Positions 58,725-64,000 of a stretch of DNA of 64,000 nucleotides are shown in pieces. The stretch is from Deltaproteobacteria bacterium (GTDB lineage: Bacteria > Bdellovibrionota > FAC87 > UBA2466). Numbering within the stretch: position 1 is the first letter of the stretch; each line of letters begins with the position of its first letter. The translations under genes and the position numbers were made by a program. The stretch spans positions 27,302 to 91,301 of the forward strand of contig OMIX01000098.1 in NCBI GenBank assembly GCA_900299195.1, in the 5' to 3' direction. The notes under the pieces are model-generated. The model saw nothing but the letters and a program-made list of their open reading frames with translations. It was not told where the DNA came from and made no database searches.

Positions 58725-59468
58725 ATGAAAGCCCAGTTTCGTATTTTAGGTAAACTCAAACGGCTCGATGAAAAACTCTATCGCTTGCAGACTGAGTTAG
58801 AACGAATCCCCGAAGAAGTGAAAAAGCTCGATCAAAAACTGGCCCGACACAAAGAAGATTTTAATCTTCAGAAGGCAAATTTTGAGGCCAATGAAAAGCT
58901 TTTAAGAAAAGCCGAGTTGGATTTAAAAGAAAAAGAAGATTTCATCAGAAAAGCTGAAGGCAAAATGATGGAATGCAAAACGAATGAGGAATATCAAGCG
59001 GCTCAAAAAGAGATTGAGGGCTTCAAATCTGAAAAAAGCAAATTAGAAGAAGTTGTTTTAACAGCGATGAATGGTATGGATGGCCTTAAAAACAACCTAA
59101 AAGCTGCAGAAACAAAGTTCAAAGAAGAAGAAAGTGTCGTTAATAAAGAAAAGAAAGAGTTTGAAGAGGCCAAAAACAAACTTCTGCGATCCTATGAGGA
59201 ACAGGCCTCTCATAAAGACGGTTTAGTTACCCAGCTTTCGCCAGACGCTGCTTCACTCTATCGAAGAGTGTTTGGAATTACTAAAGGGATTGCTATTTGT
59301 CTTGCCGAGAACTCAAGTTGCTTGGGTTGTAACATGAAAATACGTCCCCAACTTTTTAATGAGGTTCTTGGGGCTAAAGTCATTCACCGTTGTCCTAGTT
59401 GTGGAAGAATATTAATCACTGCATCAGCTGAACTTGATGAAAACACTTCGGCCGACGCACAACTTTAA
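58725..59468 (+). CDS. C4-type zinc-ribbon coiled-coil protein (COG1579-like)
   Basis: Long coiled-coil region, then a C-terminal CLGCNMKI...HRCPSCGRIL zinc ribbon. Precedes the RNase H gene as in the Rv2229c/Rv2228c arrangement. Confidence 0.6.
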   Translation: MKAQFRILGKLKRLDEKLYRLQTELERIPEEVKKLDQKLARHKEDFNLQKANFEANEKLLRKAELDLKEKEDFIRKAEGKMMECKTNEEYQAAQKEIEGFKSEKSKLEEVVLTAMNGMDGLKNNLKAAETKFKEEESVVNKEKKEFEEAKNKLLRSYEEQASHKDGLVTQLSPDAASLYRRVFGITKGIAICLAENSSCLGCNMKIRPQLFNEVLGAKVIHRCPSCGRILITASAELDENTSADAQL

Positions 59469-59869
59469 TGAAAAAAACGATGATTCTTTTTTGTGATGGA
59501 GCATCTCGAGGCAATCCAGGGCCGGGAGCCTATGGATTCGTATTGTATCAAAATGAAACTCTTATTTTTGAAGAGGGGCAAACTCTCGGAGTAGTGACTA
59601 ACAACGTGGCCGAATACCAAGCCCTTATCTGTGGTCTTAAAGCCGCCCTCAGACATGGAGCTAACCACATCATCATTAAAAGCGACTCAGAACTAATGGT
59701 AAGACAGCTTAACGGGATTTATAAAGTTAGAACCCCTCATATTCAGAGTCTGTTTCAAGAAGCTAAAAATTTACTCGAGCAATTTTCTTCAAACGAAGTT
59801 CTGCACATTCGAAGGGAAGAAAATAAAAGAGCCGATGCTTTATGCAATCAGGCTTTGGATGGAAATTAG
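59468..59869 (+). CDS. rnhA: Ribonuclease H (type 1, small stand-alone form)
   Basis: ILFCDGASRGNPGPGAYGFVL...EYQALICGL...IKSDSELMV...EENKRADALCNQA supplies the D-E-D-D catalytic residues. Confidence 0.75.
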   Translation: MKKTMILFCDGASRGNPGPGAYGFVLYQNETLIFEEGQTLGVVTNNVAEYQALICGLKAALRHGANHIIIKSDSELMVRQLNGIYKVRTPHIQSLFQEAKNLLEQFSSNEVLHIRREENKRADALCNQALDGN

Positions 59870-59991
59870 TCCAGACGCCTTCTGACACCGGTCCTGTAAG
59901 GATTATCTCTTTAAAATTTGGGGTTGTTTTGACACCAATATAAGTGGCTGTATTTACTGTGCTTTATCTGTTTTTGGGGGGTGGGGTTCTG

Positions 59992-60007
59992 TGGCCCCAT
60001 GCTTGCA
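59992..60007 (+). promoter_or_regulatory. Candidate sigma-54 (-24/-12) promoter TGGCCC-N5-TTGCA, 45 nt upstream of the sensor kinase gene
   Basis: TGGCCCcatgcTTGCA matches TGGCAC-N5-TTGCW with correct GG-N10-GC spacing and one mismatch. Confidence 0.4.
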
Positions 60008-60052
60008 GAGCTTGAGATGCGTCTGCCACTTGGGATATAACTGCTTAACGCA

Positions 60053-61957
60053 ATGCCCAAGGAGACCATGAAAAAGGGAAAACGCCAGGCAGACTGGAGC
60101 GAACTTGAGAAAAGAGAGGCTGCCATTAAACCGCGCTCAAAATTCTTTTCTCATCTATCGGTCTCTCTTCTAACTCTGGTTTTAACAATAGGGTTACATC
60201 AAGCCGATTTTGATAGCTTGAAGGGACTTTTGATAGATGGGTTGTTTAGAACTCAACTGGATTCTCACCCCCATCCTGCCATCAAATTAGTAGCTTATGA
60301 CACCCAAAGTGCCGCCCGATATCAGATTAACTACAAAATTCCTACTGAAGAGCTTTTAAAAACAATCACCCGAATTAAAGACGAACAGCCTCTCGCTGTA
60401 GCCCTCATTGCCCCGCTCAACGAAAAGCTCTACTCGGAGCAAGAACTGAGCGAACTAGCTCACGCCTTTTCCCAGGTCCCGATGTATGTTGGCTACACCG
60501 ACTCTGAAAATATGGGAAAAAACGCGCCAAGAGCTCTTTTTCACTCTACCCATTACCTTCCGGGCTATGTTTCACGCGACACTTTTAGCTATGGGGCCGA
60601 CTCAGTTAGCCGACGAGTGATGTTGACGATCGATGGACTTCCGACTGTTTATCTCAAACTCGCGGAGCTGTTTCATCACTCTAACCACCAGGAATTGTCT
60701 TATCCCAAAAACCGAATCGAGAAATTTGGAGAGTCCACGCAGAGCTATATCAATTGGCAGGGAAGGGCAGGAAGTTATCCTATGCTAAGCACCTTAGAAG
60801 TCTCCGAAGGCCATTTTCCTAAGGATTATTTTAAAAACAAAATTGTCCTGATAAGCAGCACATTACCCTCCAAAAAAGATGCAGATTTTATTTTCACACC
60901 TTTCTCTCGCGAACCTTTTCACACCCCTTTGCTTGAGGGTTCAGCTCATAGCTTAGCAACGCTCATCAATCAAAACGGAATATACAAAAGCTCTTTTTGG
61001 GCCGATTTCTTTCTAAGTTTGATCCTGGGGCTCATTACCATGAATCTCTTACTCTACCTTTCTCCAGCAAGAAGCATCCAATTTCTTATCGTAGAGATTT
61101 TATTTTTAACCGTATTGAGTGGCATTGCGCTCTGGAAGTATCAATATTGGGTTGACGTAGCTCATCCTCTAGCCCTTTTAGCTATTGGGTACTACCTCAT
61201 CATTCCTTACCGTCTGGTCGACGAATATAAAAAGCGTTGGCATTATCAGGAAAAAAGTGAATTCATGGCAGAGCTTGAACAGCTAAAAACCAACTTTTTT
61301 TCTCTGATCTCCCACGACCTTAAAACCCCCCTTGCCAGAATTCAAGGAAACGCAGAACTAGCCCTGTCTCACAGTTCAACTGACAAGGATGAAAAGCAAA
61401 AAAAATCTTTAGAAGCCATCATTCATACCACTGATGAGTTAAGCCATTATGTGGAAACTGTTTTGGATTTAACCCGAATCGAGAGCTCGAAGGTTCAACT
61501 CAATAAAACCTCAAAAGATATCAACACCGTTGTCAAAGAGGTTCTAAAATCTAAAATTACCTTGGCTAAAGAAAAAGACATTCAAATACAAACCCATTTG
61601 GAACCTCTTTTTTCGTTTAACTTTGATGTAAAGCTAATCCAGCAAGTGATTGCTAACTTGGTAGAAAACGCCATCAAATACTCTCCTCGTGGATCTACCA
61701 TCACGATAAACACCAAAGAGGTCAATTCGCTGGTCGAAGTTAGTATCAGAGACGAAGGTCCCGGCATTCCTCTTGAGGAACATGAAAATATTTTTTCAAA
61801 GTTTTACCGAATGAAAAATGACGCCACTCAAAGAGAAAAGGGAACTGGCTTGGGACTTTATTTGGTCAAATATTTTGTTGAACTTCACAACGGCTTTATC
61901 AGTTTGAAAAGCCAGGTGGGAAAGGGAAGTGATTTCACCATCACTTTACCAGTTTAA
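60053..61957 (+). CDS. Sensor histidine kinase with a CHASE2-like periplasmic domain
   Basis: N-terminal TM, ~300-aa extracytoplasmic domain, 3-4 TM, H-box LISHDLKTPLARIQG, HATPase GTGLGLYLVK. Confidence 0.8.
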   Translation: MPKETMKKGKRQADWSELEKREAAIKPRSKFFSHLSVSLLTLVLTIGLHQADFDSLKGLLIDGLFRTQLDSHPHPAIKLVAYDTQSAARYQINYKIPTEELLKTITRIKDEQPLAVALIAPLNEKLYSEQELSELAHAFSQVPMYVGYTDSENMGKNAPRALFHSTHYLPGYVSRDTFSYGADSVSRRVMLTIDGLPTVYLKLAELFHHSNHQELSYPKNRIEKFGESTQSYINWQGRAGSYPMLSTLEVSEGHFPKDYFKNKIVLISSTLPSKKDADFIFTPFSREPFHTPLLEGSAHSLATLINQNGIYKSSFWADFFLSLILGLITMNLLLYLSPARSIQFLIVEILFLTVLSGIALWKYQYWVDVAHPLALLAIGYYLIIPYRLVDEYKKRWHYQEKSEFMAELEQLKTNFFSLISHDLKTPLARIQGNAELALSHSSTDKDEKQKKSLEAIIHTTDELSHYVETVLDLTRIESSKVQLNKTSKDINTVVKEVLKSKITLAKEKDIQIQTHLEPLFSFNFDVKLIQQVIANLVENAIKYSPRGSTITINTKEVNSLVEVSIRDEGPGIPLEEHENIFSKFYRMKNDATQREKGTGLGLYLVKYFVELHNGFISLKSQVGKGSDFTITLPV

Positions 61958-61967
61958 GGAGAAAAGT

Positions 61968-63392
61968 ATGAGCGGTTATAGAATTATGGTGGTTGAAGAC
62001 GATATCGAGTTGAGATCTACTCTAGCAGAAGCTTTGTCTCAGGGGGGGTTCGACGTTGTCGAGGCAGAAAATGGAATCAAAGCTCTAGAAAAAATTCGTA
62101 CAGCTCAGATTGATCTTGCTCTTCTCGACGTCAATATGCCCGAAATGAACGGGTTAGATTGTTTAACTGAAATTAAAAACTATGACCCTTCCATCATCGT
62201 CATTGTGATGACAGCCTATTCAGCCATCGAAGATGCTGTAAGAGCCATCAAAGCTGGAGCCTATAATTACCTAGCTAAACCCATTAAACATCAAGCAGTA
62301 GTGGAAATGGTTCAACGAGCTTTAGATGCTCAAGCTATGATCAGAACCATGGCCTATTCCGCTCCAATCGTGACTCTTGAGAATGGAGAATTCGTTGGCC
62401 ATTCCGGAGAGATGAAGAAAATTTTCAATATCATTTATAAACTGGCCAAAGTAGACACCTCTGTTCTTATTCGAGGCGAAAGCGGCACGGGCAAAGAGCT
62501 CGTCGCTAGAGCCCTGCACTACAACTCAAGCCGAAAAGATGAAAAACTCATTTCCATCAACTGCAGCGCCATTTCTGAAACCCTTTTTGAAAGCGAACTT
62601 TTTGGTCATGAAAGAGGTGCTTTTACCGGGGCCGAACAGAGACAGATTGGCCGTTTTCAATATGCTGAAGGAGGAACTTTATTTCTTGATGAAATTGGAG
62701 ATCTTTCACTAGCCATGCAAGTAAAACTCTTGAGGGTTTTACAGGAACGCAAATTTAGCCCTGTAGGATCTAACCGAGTGATCGACATGAATGTTCGAAT
62801 TATCGCAGCTACGAACCGTAACCTAGAAGAAATGATACAAAAAGGGACTTTCAGAGAAGACCTATTTTATCGCCTCAATGTCATCCCTGTTTTTCTGCCC
62901 CCTCTTCGAGAACGAAAAGATGACATCGAAAACTTGGTTAAGTATTTCATCAGACGCTTCTCTAATAAACATCAAAAACCGATGATTGGAATAACTGCCC
63001 AAGCCCTAGAAAAACTCATTGCTCACCATTGGCCCGGTAACATTCGAGAACTAGAAAACACGATTGAACACGCCTTTGTGGTGGAGACTACTGATAAAAT
63101 CAGCGCAAAATCCCTTCCGGATCATTTAATCGCATTCAAACTTGCCTCCTCAGCGACAAAGCCCTCAGAAACGAACCAGAATAATCCTTCGGGTACGCCA
63201 CATTTTGAGGATGGCGACCTTCTAGATTACAGCCGTTTTAAAGAGGAGTTTGAAAAAGAATTTATTATTCGCGCTCTAAAAACCTTTAAAGGAAGAATCA
63301 ATCAAACCGCTCTCCATGCCAAAATTCCCAAAAAAACCCTGCTAAGAAAACTTCAGAAATACAATATCAACGCTGAGGACTTTCGACTTTAA
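61968..63392 (+). CDS. Sigma-54-dependent response regulator (NtrC family: REC, AAA+, Fis-HTH)
   Basis: REC MVVEDD...LALLDVNMPEMNGL, Walker A GESGTGKELVARALH, GAFTGA motif, C-terminal HTH. Strong SD AAGGAG 6 nt upstream of ATG 61968. Confidence 0.85.
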   Translation: MSGYRIMVVEDDIELRSTLAEALSQGGFDVVEAENGIKALEKIRTAQIDLALLDVNMPEMNGLDCLTEIKNYDPSIIVIVMTAYSAIEDAVRAIKAGAYNYLAKPIKHQAVVEMVQRALDAQAMIRTMAYSAPIVTLENGEFVGHSGEMKKIFNIIYKLAKVDTSVLIRGESGTGKELVARALHYNSSRKDEKLISINCSAISETLFESELFGHERGAFTGAEQRQIGRFQYAEGGTLFLDEIGDLSLAMQVKLLRVLQERKFSPVGSNRVIDMNVRIIAATNRNLEEMIQKGTFREDLFYRLNVIPVFLPPLRERKDDIENLVKYFIRRFSNKHQKPMIGITAQALEKLIAHHWPGNIRELENTIEHAFVVETTDKISAKSLPDHLIAFKLASSATKPSETNQNNPSGTPHFEDGDLLDYSRFKEEFEKEFIIRALKTFKGRINQTALHAKIPKKTLLRKLQKYNINAEDFRL

Positions 63393-63394
63393 AA

Positions 63395-63429
63395 TCAAGA
63401 TCATGGTACAATCTGTACTATGATCTTGA
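63395..63429. repeat. 35-bp near-perfect palindrome TCAAGATCATgGTACAatcTGTACtATGATCTTGA spanning the regulator stop and the start codon of the next gene
   Basis: 10-bp perfect outer arms plus 5-bp inner arms. As RNA it forms a ~16-bp stem (one G.U pair) with a 3-nt loop and no trailing U-tract. ATG 63420 lies in the 3' arm. Confidence 0.6.
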
Positions 63430-64000
63430 ACCCCCTCTCGACTCAGCGCCGCATCATCCTTCTCACCTTTTTCTTTCTTCTCATCGGACAGATTGCTCTC
63501 TTTAGTGCCACTGCCGTAATGGGAATCCAAAAACATGCTTCTGAATTTTACTATGTCATGAGGCAGGCCAGCTGTGGCTTAATAGGTCTCCTTCTCATGT
63601 GGGGGACTTCAAAAATTCCTTACCAAAAATGGAGAAAGTTTAGTTACGGATTGGTTTTTGCTCAAATAGGACTATTGGTAGCGACCCATGTAGGCCCTTT
63701 TCGACATTTTGCCTATGGAGCTACACGTTGGTTAAAACTAGGCCCCATCCTCTTTCAACCTAGCGAATTAGCTAAGATCACGGTTTGTATCTTTTTCGCT
63801 TCGTTGTTGGCAAGGCATCGAGAGTCCTCTTTACCTTTGAAAAAATGGCTAACCAACTCAGTGCCCATTTTATTGACCCTGCTTCTCATTTTCAAACAAC
63901 CTGATCTGGGAACCACCACTCTTCTCACGATTGTTCTGATAGGAATGCTGTTTATTGCTGGAGTTCGTCTTTCTTATTTGATCAGTTTTTTGGGATTAGG
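63420..64000 (+). CDS. SEDS-family peptidoglycan glycosyltransferase (FtsW/RodA/SpoVE), 3' truncated by the window end
   Basis: Not in the ORF track because it has no stop in the window. Translation MILNPLSTQRRIILLTFFFLLIGQIALFSATA...GATRWLKLGPILFQPSELAKI is the FtsW/RodA N-terminal pattern. Confidence 0.65.
   Translation, partial: MILNPLSTQRRIILLTFFFLLIGQIALFSATAVMGIQKHASEFYYVMRQASCGLIGLLLMWGTSKIPYQKWRKFSYGLVFAQIGLLVATHVGPFRHFAYGATRWLKLGPILFQPSELAKITVCIFFASLLARHRESSLPLKKWLTNSVPILLTLLLIFKQPDLGTTTLLTIVLIGMLFIAGVRLSYLISFLGL

Noticed and set aside
59930-59990. G-rich tract tttttggggggtggggttctgtgg upstream of the kinase gene as a G-quadruplex or repeat
   Set aside because: It is a single short run, not repeated. 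It is more parsimoniously part of the promoter-upstream region.

Overview
Chromosomal window from a Gram-negative, moderately AT-rich bacterium. The 16S fragment at the left edge, a TIGR02147-like paralog, the lpx operon content and the abundance of secreted and lipoproteins suggest a Bdellovibrio-like predator (Bdellovibrionota); this needs a database search to confirm. Most of the window is core housekeeping. It holds the 5' 621 nt of a 16S rRNA gene (minus strand) with a candidate rrn promoter, and the rpsF-(PriB-like SSB-fold gene)-rpsR-DUF2232-rplI operon. A long minus-strand lipid A operon runs lpxD-lpxA-(GnnA-like oxidoreductase)-lpxB-lpxK-(LpxL fused to a ~260-aa C-terminal domain I recall as DUF3108)-waaE-like GT2-cmk, with lpxH nearby co-transcribed with two unknown genes. 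Other core genes include ispE-spoVG, guaC, a split transketolase, radA, glpK, rlmE, NUDIX, HIT, nrdAB behind a long leader, rdgB-rph, and a divergent amiC and spoIID/lytB pair. There is an extended macromolecular-synthesis operon (rpsU-yqeY-mpg-dnaG-rpoD), a tRNA-Phe and a CAT-anticodon tRNA, a COG1579 zinc-ribbon plus RNase H pair, and a CHASE2 histidine kinase with a sigma-54 activator followed by a truncated FtsW/RodA gene. Accessory-looking content is limited. It comprises a tightly overlapping four-gene operon (sigma-70 region-4-only protein, acidic unknown, RDD protein, extended rhomboid protease), two small HEXXH metallopeptidase-like secreted proteins, a Gly-rich secreted protein, an AsmA-like giant protein next to BamD, and a tRNA-Phe-adjacent set of small secreted proteins. 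No CRISPR array, integrase, transposase or obvious defence system was seen. The most interesting items are the PriB-like gene outside beta/gamma-proteobacteria, the LpxL fused to the DUF3108-like domain and GnnA-like gene in the lipid A operon, the rhomboid/RDD operon, a sigma-54 promoter upstream of the kinase/activator pair, and a 35-bp near-perfect palindrome spanning the activator stop and the FtsW/RodA start.
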